Virus record (IMG/VR): IMGVR_UViG_3300025392_000672
Coordinates: 1 to 62,391 of that record
DNA length: 62,391 bases
Source: a virus
Taxonomy: Duplodnaviria; Caudoviricetes
Direction: 5' to 3' (one strand)
In this document: one piece after another, positions 48,906 to 57,362 of the stretch
Numbering within the stretch: position 1 is the stretch's first letter
How the letters are laid out: each line of letters starts with the position of its first letter
Notes under the pieces: generated by a model
The model's database searches: none
Told to the model about the DNA's origin: nothing
What the model saw: only the letters and a program-made list of their open reading frames with translations
Made by a program: the position numbers and the translations under genes

Positions 48906-50127
48906 TCAGAAAGTAACATTTATAATTCCTTGTAGAAATAACTTAAAATATTTAAAACAAGCAGTTGAAAGTATTCAAAATCATTATGGGGATTATCATA
49001 ATATAATAATATTAGATGATGCTTCTGATGATAATACGGCAAATTGGATATTTGTAATGGAACATAAATACCCACATATAAAAACATATAGAAATGAAAG
49101 TGGTGAAAGAGTAGGACATACTGTATTATATGATATTGGTATTAAGATGGCTGAAACTGAAATAGTTACAATATTACATTCAGATATGATTGTAACTCAA
49201 AACTATGTTGGTAATATGTTAAAGCATTTAAAACCAATGACAGTAGTTTCTGCAACTCGTATTGAACCACCACTACATCCTCCAGGTCCTGAAAAATATG
49301 TTATGGATTTTGGAATGGAGCCTGAAACATTTAATCAAAGAGAATTTGATAAGTTTGTTTATGAAACTGAATATGTAATGGAAGATAAAACAACCAAAGG
49401 TATATTTGCACCTTGGATGTTATATAAAGAAGATTTTGCACAAATTGGTGGACATGATTTATTATTTGCACCAATGGAATTGGAAGATTCCGATATATTC
49501 AATAGATTTCATTTACAACAATATGAATTAATACAAAGTAGAGATTCATTTGTATATCATATGACTTGTAGAGGTAGTAGATTTAAAGATGGCATTGAAA
49601 TAGAAAGAGTAATTGATTTGCCGGATGGAACAAAGTGGTATAAACCTAAAGATTCAGAAGAATATAAAAAGTTAAGAGAAAATAAATTTAAAGAGTGGTG
49701 GAGAAAATGGCATACTGATGTATTGCATGATGATTTAATGATGCCAATTGTGCCTAATAGATATGATACTACATTTGTAGTTCATAATTGTAATCCTAAG
49801 TTATTACCATTCTTAGAACCTTGGTGTGATACTTTATATGTTGATTGTGATTATGATGAATATGTTACTAATGAGCAAAAAGAAACTATGTTTGACATAT
49901 CGGATAAAATTCATCCAATAGGGGATACTATGAAAGGTGATGTTCAAATTCTTTTTGATGGTAGTAAATTAACAAATGATAATTTTACTAATTTTATAAA
50001 GAACATACCTTTTATTATTCAGCAAACTGATTCAATTGGAAGTTTTGAATGGGATATCTTTCAAATACACATATTTAATTTAAAAGAAAAAGATATGGTA
50101 TTACCATTCTTTAAAAATGTATTTTAA
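48895..50127 (+). CDS. GT2-family glycosyltransferase
   Basis: FIIPCRN, LDDASDDNT, LHSDM, IGGHD, EDSD, VYH. Confidence 0.85.
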   Translation: MENNQKVTFIIPCRNNLKYLKQAVESIQNHYGDYHNIIILDDASDDNTANWIFVMEHKYPHIKTYRNESGERVGHTVLYDIGIKMAETEIVTILHSDMIVTQNYVGNMLKHLKPMTVVSATRIEPPLHPPGPEKYVMDFGMEPETFNQREFDKFVYETEYVMEDKTTKGIFAPWMLYKEDFAQIGGHDLLFAPMELEDSDIFNRFHLQQYELIQSRDSFVYHMTCRGSRFKDGIEIERVIDLPDGTKWYKPKDSEEYKKLRENKFKEWWRKWHTDVLHDDLMMPIVPNRYDTTFVVHNCNPKLLPFLEPWCDTLYVDCDYDEYVTNEQKETMFDISDKIHPIGDTMKGDVQILFDGSKLTNDNFTNFIKNIPFIIQQTDSIGSFEWDIFQIHIFNLKEKDMVLPFFKNVF

Positions 50128-51014
50128 TGAAAAAGACGCTAATTTGCATACACGTAATGCCATCTGAATTGGAGATGTTTGAAAGGTTGATGGAAAAATT
50201 TAAAATAGCCATTCAATTTTTGGATGAGAAAGATGATGTGACATTTAGAGTTACATTAAACTTAAATCCAAAATTAACAGATTGGGATAACAGTGAGTTA
50301 AAGCAAGATTATTTTGTTAATAGATTTGCTTTAATGTTTAATGGTATAAAAAATATAAACGATATAATTGTAGATGAATCAATGTGGGGTACAACTCAAC
50401 AAAAAAGAGAATCTATACATTTACCATATGACCAATTTATATTTTGTGATACCGATATCTTATTCCATCCGCATATGTTGAAGTATCAATTAAACACTTC
50501 ATATCAGTTAGATGGGACTTATATATTATCACCATCACTTGCTAAATGGTGGGATAATAGCTGGGATATAATTTGCCATTCTGATTATAAAGATAAAGAA
50601 TACGGATATGCTACCACAAAAGAAGGTATGGAAGGGGCTTGGTTGCAAGAAATAAAACAAGTTAATGTTAGACAAATTCCAACACTTAAATTTGGTTGTG
50701 GTATGCATACTTTATATTCTAAATCATTTTGGGAATTGGTTGGTATACCTGAATCATTTGGTGGGTATGGACCAGAAGATACATATGGTATGGAAGCTGG
50801 TAAGGTAGCTTTAAGATTAGGATATGATGTTAAGCAATTCTTTATGGATGGTGTTTATATTACAGAAGATTATGAAAACAGAACTCCATCATTTGCAGAT
50901 AAAATCAAGCCTATTGATAAGAAAAAGGAGTTTTACGATAAGGCTTATGCGTTGGGAGAATCGGAAATACGCAGTTTTGCCACAAAATTAATAAAAAAAC
51001 AATCTAATCCTTAA
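50127..51014 (+). CDS. Putative GT-A glycosyltransferase
   Basis: FIFCDTDI (DxD), FGGYGPED. Confidence 0.6.
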   Translation: MKKTLICIHVMPSELEMFERLMEKFKIAIQFLDEKDDVTFRVTLNLNPKLTDWDNSELKQDYFVNRFALMFNGIKNINDIIVDESMWGTTQQKRESIHLPYDQFIFCDTDILFHPHMLKYQLNTSYQLDGTYILSPSLAKWWDNSWDIICHSDYKDKEYGYATTKEGMEGAWLQEIKQVNVRQIPTLKFGCGMHTLYSKSFWELVGIPESFGGYGPEDTYGMEAGKVALRLGYDVKQFFMDGVYITEDYENRTPSFADKIKPIDKKKEFYDKAYALGESEIRSFATKLIKKQSNP

Positions 51015-51047
51015 TTTTCTATATTTATATCCGTAAATAGGAATATA

Positions 51048-51446
51048 ATGAAAGCATCGGAATTAAAGGAATTGGTACGCTCTACAATAAGAGAAAACTT
51101 TATGAATGAAATGTCACAGGGTGATATTCATTTTAAAGCTATAATCAAATTTTACGATAAAGGAACTTCAAATGTTAAAAAAGCACTTTCTTTGTTTTTG
51201 TGTGGTAAGCCAAATGCAAATAGAAGCCAAATAGTTAAAGAGTTGTTGGAAATGGATTATAAAGAAATCCAAGATGTAATGAAGCACTTTAAATTAAAAA
51301 CAGAGGCTATCCTTGATAAAAAACATAGAGAAAGGGTGATTCCAAATGATACTCAGCATGTAGCAACATCGTTACCTCAAACTCAAGAAGTTGAACCTGA
51401 TGAAGAAAAGCTACACAATGAAGGAAACGATTGCGGATGTAAGTAG
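51048..51446 (+). CDS. Hypothetical protein with ELKELVR..IRE leader
   Basis: ORF preceded by ATATTTATA at 51021. Confidence 0.6.
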   Translation: MKASELKELVRSTIRENFMNEMSQGDIHFKAIIKFYDKGTSNVKKALSLFLCGKPNANRSQIVKELLEMDYKEIQDVMKHFKLKTEAILDKKHRERVIPNDTQHVATSLPQTQEVEPDEEKLHNEGNDCGCK

Positions 51447-51583
51447 TAGTTTGGATTATGGATATACTAATATTCAAAATACCAAATGTGTAAAAGAAGC
51501 AGCGGAGTTGATGTTTTTCCCAACGGGGAGCATGAGTTGGATAAAAAATTGGTTTTACAATTATAATAATAAAAAAAAGTAAA

Positions 51584-51925
51584 ATGGCAGTAGACCCAAA
51601 CATATATTCGGTTATTATAACAGCAATCACTATCTTAGGTGGTTCAGCTGCATGGCGATATTATGAAAAAAGGGCTATGCACAAAGAAAGAGATGAGGAC
51701 TTTATCAGACATGATTGTAAAGACCGTATTTCTAAATTAGAAGCTCTATTAGTTCAATCATCAAAAGAGAAAGATGAATTAAGACAAATGGTATTAGATA
51801 TGACTGCTCAGATAGCTGAATTAAGAGTTAGAGTGGAATACTTAGGTGGTGAGGTTGAAGGAACTAATAAACCATTATTACCAAAAACCAAAAATCCAAG
51901 AGCTAAAAAATTATTGAAAGGATAA
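51584..51925 (+). CDS. Single-TM coiled-coil membrane protein (possibly lysis-related)
   Basis: N-terminal hydrophobic helix IYSVIITAITILGGSAAW followed by a coiled coil. Confidence 0.55.
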   Translation: MAVDPNIYSVIITAITILGGSAAWRYYEKRAMHKERDEDFIRHDCKDRISKLEALLVQSSKEKDELRQMVLDMTAQIAELRVRVEYLGGEVEGTNKPLLPKTKNPRAKKLLKG

Positions 51926-52452
51926 TGGGTATATTAAACGAAGATAAGAAATTAAGGGTGTTTGATTTTGATGATACTTTAGTCAAAACTACATCCTTTA
52001 TTTATGTCACACATAAAGACGGAAAGAAGGAAAAATTAACACCAGGTGAATATGCAGTTTATAAAGAAAAGCCGGGTGATAAATTTGATTATAGAGATTT
52101 TCAACACGTATCAAATCCTCAAATTATAAAAGGATATGTTGAATTATTAAAAAGAATGGTTAATAGTGGTGGTGATAGAAAAGTTTATATATTAACAGCA
52201 AGAGCAGCATACAGACCTGTATTTGAATTTATAAGAGATTTAGGTATTAATGGTGTTGAAGTAATTGCGTTGGGTGATAGTAATCCAGAAAAGAAAGCAG
52301 ATTGGATTGAGCAACAAATAAAATTAAATAACTTTGATGATATTTATTTTATAGATGATTCTCCTAAAAATGTAGATGCAGTTAAGAAAAGATTGAGAAA
52401 TTATCCAAATGTAAAATCAAAAATACAACAAGTTAAAAACGGGCATGCTTAG
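51925..52452 (+). CDS. HAD-superfamily phosphatase
   Basis: VFDFDDTL, ILTAR, K, FIDDSPKN. Confidence 0.8.
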   Translation: MGILNEDKKLRVFDFDDTLVKTTSFIYVTHKDGKKEKLTPGEYAVYKEKPGDKFDYRDFQHVSNPQIIKGYVELLKRMVNSGGDRKVYILTARAAYRPVFEFIRDLGINGVEVIALGDSNPEKKADWIEQQIKLNNFDDIYFIDDSPKNVDAVKKRLRNYPNVKSKIQQVKNGHA

Positions 52453-52750
52453 TTTAAAAAAGATATTATTAGAAATAGGATACGCTGATGTTGAAATGGA
52501 GAAAATTGCCAACGCAGTAGAAGCATGTTATAATCAGCAAGGTATTGATGGTGTTACTAATTATGATACTTTACAATGGTATTTAGATAAATTGCCATTT
52601 TATGTTCCTCAAAATAGTATTAAGATAGGTCCTTGGAGACAACCGGGTTTATCAAATGAAATCCAAAATGCTGACATTTATTTAGATAAAAAAGTAATTG
52701 GTACATTAACAAACATAAATAAAACAACAGCAAAAGGAAGTGGGTATTAA
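52445..52750 (+). CDS. Hypothetical protein with LKKILLE leader
   Basis: Operon-packed ORF. Confidence 0.55.
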   Translation: MLSLKKILLEIGYADVEMEKIANAVEACYNQQGIDGVTNYDTLQWYLDKLPFYVPQNSIKIGPWRQPGLSNEIQNADIYLDKKVIGTLTNINKTTAKGSGY

Positions 52751-53267
52751 ACTAAAAGATATATTAAAAGAAGAACAACAAAACATTTACTACTTTGCTT
52801 ATGGTAGTAATATGGATATTGCTTTATTCGAATCAAAATATAAATCAGCAAAAGCATTGGGATTGGTATATCTTACAAATTATAAATTAAAATTTGATAA
52901 GTATTCTGAAACTGATAAGAGTGTAGTTGCTGATATAGTTAAAGAAAATGGACATAAGGTATTTGGTATTTTATATAGAATGAGTACATCTGATATGCCC
53001 GCTTTAGATAAGCAAGAAGGTGGTTATGAGAAAGAGAGGGATATAGTAAAAGATGGTGATGGTAAAACTTATAGAGCATACTTCTATTCGGTTGTAAATA
53101 AAGATTTGGCAGAAGGATTACCAAGTGAAGATTATTCAAAGAAACTTATTATTGGGTTAAAAGATGCATTAAAAATAGGACCAGCTGAGCATGGTCATTT
53201 AGCTATGGAGCTTAGAAAATATGTTAAGCATATTTTGGATATGAATAAAATATCAAACGAAAAATAA
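52740..53267 (+). CDS. Gamma-glutamylcyclotransferase (GGCT/AIG2-like)
   Basis: YFAYGSNM, VFGILY, LDKQEG, PSEDY; N-terminal IKLKDILKE leader. Confidence 0.85.
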   Translation: MGIKLKDILKEEQQNIYYFAYGSNMDIALFESKYKSAKALGLVYLTNYKLKFDKYSETDKSVVADIVKENGHKVFGILYRMSTSDMPALDKQEGGYEKERDIVKDGDGKTYRAYFYSVVNKDLAEGLPSEDYSKKLIIGLKDALKIGPAEHGHLAMELRKYVKHILDMNKISNEK

Positions 53268-53304
53268 TAATTTAAAACCATTATACTTATACAAAAGAAA
53301 AGTT

Positions 53305-53727
53305 ATGATATATTGGTTTACAGGAGGCTCCGATTCAAACACAAAATTATTCGCTAATAAACTAAAAGAGTTTTTACAAACTGAAAAAAGAAATTGGCGA
53401 AAGGATGTTCATAGTATAGATGATACTGATGTTGCTGGAGATACGGAATCGGCACAAATAATTTCAAATTTTATTAATAATACCGGCGGTGATGTTGTTG
53501 TCTATTTAGAAACATTTGATAGAGAATTATTAGACCAATTTAAAGATTTAATAGATACTAAAATTATTGAAATACACGTTTACAATTCTCGTAAACGAAA
53601 TAAAGAAAAAATAAATAAATCAGATATCCCACAAATTAATTTCTTTGATATGGATACCTGCTCTGAAAATACAAATCAATCTTTTTCTAAATTAATTAAT
53701 TATTTAAAAGCTATCGAAAAAATTTAA
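53305..53727 (+). CDS. Degenerate adenylyl-sulfate-kinase (CysC)-like protein
   Basis: MIYWFTG...LK...IDD...IIEIHV layout of APS kinase, but the P-loop reads GGSDSNTK. Confidence 0.45.
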   Translation: MIYWFTGGSDSNTKLFANKLKEFLQTEKRNWRKDVHSIDDTDVAGDTESAQIISNFINNTGGDVVVYLETFDRELLDQFKDLIDTKIIEIHVYNSRKRNKEKINKSDIPQINFFDMDTCSENTNQSFSKLINYLKAIEKI

Positions 53728-53774
53728 ATTGATATACTTATATAAAATAGATTAATTAGTATATCAATTTAGTT

Positions 53775-54338
53775 ATGGAAGAACAAGAAGAAGTAAAAGG
53801 GTTTCCGAACTTTGACCCAACGCAAGATTTATCACAAGCTCCCCAACAAAGAAGAAAGAGAGGATTGGGAGCTAGACCTTTATTAGAGAGTGAGATAAAG
53901 GGAATACAAAAGAAAGCCCGTTCAGCGGCCGAAGCAGCAAGATTATTAGGTGTATCATACAACACATACAAAAAGTATGCTAGGGAGTACAAACTATTTG
54001 AGGAATTAAAGAACCCATCTGGTATTGGTATTAGAAAGGGTGCTAATGGTACTTCTGGGTTTCATCCTTTGGATGATATCTTAGCAGGTAAACATCCTAC
54101 ATATCCAGTATGGAAGTTAAAGAAGCGTATCCTATTGAACGGATATATGGAAGAAAAATGTAACAACTGTGGATTTTGCGAAAGAAGGGTTACTGACCAT
54201 AGAGTTCCGTTAGTTTTGGACTTTTTAGATGGTAATAGAAAGAATTTCCTATATGATAACCTTAGAATGCTATGTTTCAATTGTTCATTCTTAATCAATG
54301 GAAATCTATCAGGACCTAAAAAAGAATATGAGTATTAA
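53775..54338 (+). CDS. HTH plus degenerate HNH/zinc-finger protein
   Basis: SAAEAARLLGVSYNTYKKY (HTH); CNNCG...LVLDFLDGNRKN...DNLRMLCFNC. Confidence 0.65.
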   Translation: MEEQEEVKGFPNFDPTQDLSQAPQQRRKRGLGARPLLESEIKGIQKKARSAAEAARLLGVSYNTYKKYAREYKLFEELKNPSGIGIRKGANGTSGFHPLDDILAGKHPTYPVWKLKKRILLNGYMEEKCNNCGFCERRVTDHRVPLVLDFLDGNRKNFLYDNLRMLCFNCSFLINGNLSGPKKEYEY

Positions 54339-54370
54339 TTTGGTAGATTCGGAAAAAAATCGTATATTTA
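54339..54370 (+). promoter_or_regulatory. Bacteroidota-type promoter
   Basis: TTTG-N20-TATATTTA. Confidence 0.7.
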
Positions 54371-54396
54371 CATAAATCAATTTAAAACAATAAATT

Positions 54397-54618
54397 ATGG
54401 CTAAGTATTTTGAAGTTACAGTGACCGTTCACCACGAAGTAGATGGTGGTAAAGGTGGTACAAAGATTAAAAAAGTAAAAGAAAGTTATTTAGTGGATGC
54501 TATGACCGTTACGGAAGCAGAAGCTAGAGTAGTAAAAGAATTTGAATCAGCTGGTATTACCGTTGATTATGAAGTATCTGCTGCTAGAGAATCTAAAATC
54601 ATTCAAGTAATTAACTAA
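54397..54618 (+). CDS. DUF4494-like protein (Bacteroidota family)
   Basis: YFEVTV...KKVKESYLVDAMTVTEAEARV. Confidence 0.65.
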   Translation: MAKYFEVTVTVHHEVDGGKGGTKIKKVKESYLVDAMTVTEAEARVVKEFESAGITVDYEVSAARESKIIQVIN

Positions 54619-54878
54619 TGGCAACGGAACTTAAAGAACAACGCATTTTAGCATTGAAAAGAGTTCCACCGGGAGATAGATGGGTATTTGCGGATGATTC
54701 AATCGCTCAGGTTAAATCAGTCGTATATCCATCTTTAACCGATGCCTTGGAGCAATATTACCAAACAAATGGTGAAACTCAATTTTACATCGATGCTCGT
54801 AAAGGGACAGTAGAGGTTGTTAAGACTGAAGAAGTTGAAAAACCTGTTACAAAGTACTCTTTATATGGGGAAATGTAA
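54618..54878 (+). CDS. Hypothetical protein
   Basis: TAATG-coupled ORF (KRVPPGDRW). Confidence 0.6.
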   Translation: MATELKEQRILALKRVPPGDRWVFADDSIAQVKSVVYPSLTDALEQYYQTNGETQFYIDARKGTVEVVKTEEVEKPVTKYSLYGEM

Positions 54879-54924
54879 TATTCGTTTCCTAAAAAACAAT
54901 ATATTTATATAAAAATCAAAAATC

Positions 54925-55209
54925 ATGGGACTATTTACATTCATTAAGAATTTAATTGCTGGAGCTAAAGATTTAGAGGCTAAAGCAGAATCAATCGTTG
55001 ATAAGGTTCAAACCGAAGCTAACGATATCGTAGCTAAAGCTGAAAAGGTAGCACCTGCGGTAGCAGCTGATATTAAGAAAGAAGTAACTAAAGCAGAAGC
55101 TAAAGTTAAAGAAGTTAAAACTAAAGCTAAAAAAACAGTAGCTGATGTTGAAGCTAAAGCAGCTAAAATTGAAAAAACAATCGTTGTTAAGAGAACTAAA
55201 AAAGCTTAA
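54925..55209 (+). CDS. Ala/Lys/Glu-rich helical protein
   Basis: Low-complexity helical ORF preceded by ATATTTATA. Confidence 0.6.
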   Translation: MGLFTFIKNLIAGAKDLEAKAESIVDKVQTEANDIVAKAEKVAPAVAADIKKEVTKAEAKVKEVKTKAKKTVADVEAKAAKIEKTIVVKRTKKA

Positions 55210-55259
55210 TTAACACATCAATAGGTTACAGTTACACTTTACATTAAAAGGTAACACTA

Positions 55260-55394
55260 ATGGCTAAAGCTAAATCAGCTGGTGGTAACACTAAAACTAC
55301 TTTCGGTAAAAGAAAGACAGGTCAAGCAAACGGACAAAAAAGCTACAACAAACATACTCCTAAAGCAAAGGCGTATCGTGGACAAGGTAGATAA
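55260..55394 (+). CDS. Small basic protein ending YRGQGR (44 aa); not in the ORF track
   Basis: MAKAKSAGGNTKTTFGKRKTGQANGQKSYNKHTPKAKAYRGQGR*. Confidence 0.7.
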   Translation: MAKAKSAGGNTKTTFGKRKTGQANGQKSYNKHTPKAKAYRGQGR

Positions 55395-55410
55395 TTAAAA
55401 GTAATATGTT

Positions 55411-55827
55411 ATGGTAAAAAGATGGTTATGGAGACTCTTAGGAGTTTTCTTTATTGGTATGGCTTATTTGGGAGCAATAATCCCTGGCATGCCAATGACA
55501 ACATTTGTAGTATTAGCTGCATGGGCTTTTTCAAAGAGTTCACCTAAGTTAAACAAATGGTTGCACGAACATCCAAAATTTTCACCTTATCTTATTCGTT
55601 GGGAAACCAAAAGGATTTATCCTCAAAAGGCTAAATACCTAATGATAAGTTGTATGACATTAAGTTATACATTCTTATTATGGAAATTACAACACAAACC
55701 ACATGCTTTAATTGGTATTGGATTGTTTATGGTGGCTATTGTTATTTGGGCTTGGAGATTTCCCGGTTCAGAAGAAGAATACAACAAACGAATTAAAGAA
55801 GGTAAAAAAATTGGTTGGACAAAATAA
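55411..55827 (+). CDS. YbaN/DUF454-family membrane protein
   Basis: G..GAIIPGMPMTTFVVLAAWAFSKSSPKL..WL..HP.F. Confidence 0.85.
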   Translation: MVKRWLWRLLGVFFIGMAYLGAIIPGMPMTTFVVLAAWAFSKSSPKLNKWLHEHPKFSPYLIRWETKRIYPQKAKYLMISCMTLSYTFLLWKLQHKPHALIGIGLFMVAIVIWAWRFPGSEEEYNKRIKEGKKIGWTK

Positions 55828-55829
55828 CT

Positions 55830-56594
55830 ATGGAAGATGTTACGGTTATCATTCAGGGAAGATTACTGCAAGATTCTTATGATTTCTATATAGCAAATTA
55901 TAGAAAATGTAAAGTTATTATATCAACATGGATTGATACTAAGATTGATTTTACAAATTTACCGGATAACTTTATAGTATTATTATCTCCTATTCCAAAA
56001 GAATTGGGAGCACAAAATTTAAATCTACAATTAGTATCTACTTTAAATGCGTTGGAAAAGGTAACTACTCCATTTAGTATTAAAGTTAGAGGTGATGAAT
56101 ACTGGTCTAATATAGAATCAGTATATCAAAGAATAAAAGCATCACCAAAAAAAATACACTCATCATCTGTATTCTTTAGAGCTTGGCAATATGCTGAATA
56201 TCATATATCAGACCATTTAGTAGCTGGTACTACTGAAAATATGAAAATAATGTTCGGTGAAACTAAAAGAAATTTAGATACTGGAAAAATGAATATATCT
56301 AAATGGAAAATTGATGGTAAGTTTCATAAATGGGTTACTACTCATGCACCTGAAGAACGAATCACAAAATCTTATTTAAGTGTTAAAGAACCTGATAGAT
56401 ATGATAAGGTGGATGGTAGAATAATTATGAAAGAACACTTTGATATAATCAATATAAATTTATTAAAGCCTTATAAAATAAAAGCTAATTTATTTGGTAG
56501 AGAATGGACTGATGGATTTATACCGGAAAGAAATTTTAGTATATCCACTATTGACCAATTATTTAGTGATGAACCTTATAAAATACCTGATTAA
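55830..56594 (+). CDS. WavE-like LPS-synthesis protein
   Basis: VTVIIQG, VIISTW, NLNLQLVSTLNAL, IKVRGD, YHISDH..AG, PEE; ATG 55830 preferred. Confidence 0.65.
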   Translation: MEDVTVIIQGRLLQDSYDFYIANYRKCKVIISTWIDTKIDFTNLPDNFIVLLSPIPKELGAQNLNLQLVSTLNALEKVTTPFSIKVRGDEYWSNIESVYQRIKASPKKIHSSSVFFRAWQYAEYHISDHLVAGTTENMKIMFGETKRNLDTGKMNISKWKIDGKFHKWVTTHAPEERITKSYLSVKEPDRYDKVDGRIIMKEHFDIININLLKPYKIKANLFGREWTDGFIPERNFSISTIDQLFSDEPYKIPD

Positions 56595-57061
56595 TGATAT
56601 ACATAGCACATAGAGGAAACATAAATGGTAAAGACCCTAACTTAGAAAATCATCCTGAATATATCAACAACGCAATTAACGAAGGTTATGATGTTGAGAT
56701 TGATGTATGGTATGTTGATGATAAATGGTACTTAGGGCACGATTCTCCACAATGGGAAATTGATTTACATTGGATTAGTAAACGAAGTGATAAACTTTGG
56801 GTTCATTGTAAAAATATAGAAGCATTGGAAAGATTAGCAAATACATCAAAGTTAGATACAGCAGATATCAATTTCTTTTGGCATGAAGAAGATACTGCCA
56901 CATTAACATCATTCAATTATATTTGGGCATACCCAGGCAAACAACCAATTAAGGGAAGTATAGCTGTAATGCCTGAAATTAATAATGATGATGTTTCTAA
57001 TTGTATGGGAATTTGTTCGGATGTAATTAAAAAATATAAAGATGAAAATACACAAGCTTAA
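56594..57061 (+). CDS. Small GDPD/PLC-like phosphodiesterase-fold protein
   Basis: IAHRGN, EN, DVEIDVW, LGHD, WVHCKN, GICSD. Confidence 0.7.
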   Translation: MIYIAHRGNINGKDPNLENHPEYINNAINEGYDVEIDVWYVDDKWYLGHDSPQWEIDLHWISKRSDKLWVHCKNIEALERLANTSKLDTADINFFWHEEDTATLTSFNYIWAYPGKQPIKGSIAVMPEINNDDVSNCMGICSDVIKKYKDENTQA

Positions 57062-57362
57062 AGATATGTTTAGAGGATGGGTAGTTGGAAACTTTGAACC
57101 ATCTTTATATAAAACCGATGATGTTGAAGTAGCTGTTAAGAACTATAATGCAGGTGATATGGAAGAAGCCCATTATCATAAGATAGCAACTGAAATAACG
57201 GTAATAGCTAAAGGTAAAGTATTGATGAATGGTATTGAATATAAAGAAGGTGATATCATTACAATAGAACCAAATGAGATAACTGATTTTAAAGTATTGG
57301 AAGATACAATAACAACAGTAATTAAGTTACCTTGTGTAAAAGATGATAAATATATTGTATGA
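57042..57362 (+). CDS. Cupin-domain protein
   Basis: GWVVGNFEP, HYHKIATE, GDIITIEP. Confidence 0.75.
   Translation: MKIHKLKDMFRGWVVGNFEPSLYKTDDVEVAVKNYNAGDMEEAHYHKIATEITVIAKGKVLMNGIEYKEGDIITIEPNEITDFKVLEDTITTVIKLPCVKDDKYIV

Noticed and set aside
51391-51582. 63-aa ORF overlapping the end of ORF 51048
   Set aside because: It overlaps by 56 nt and has no motif. A shorter TTG-start version from 51451 is possible but unsupported.
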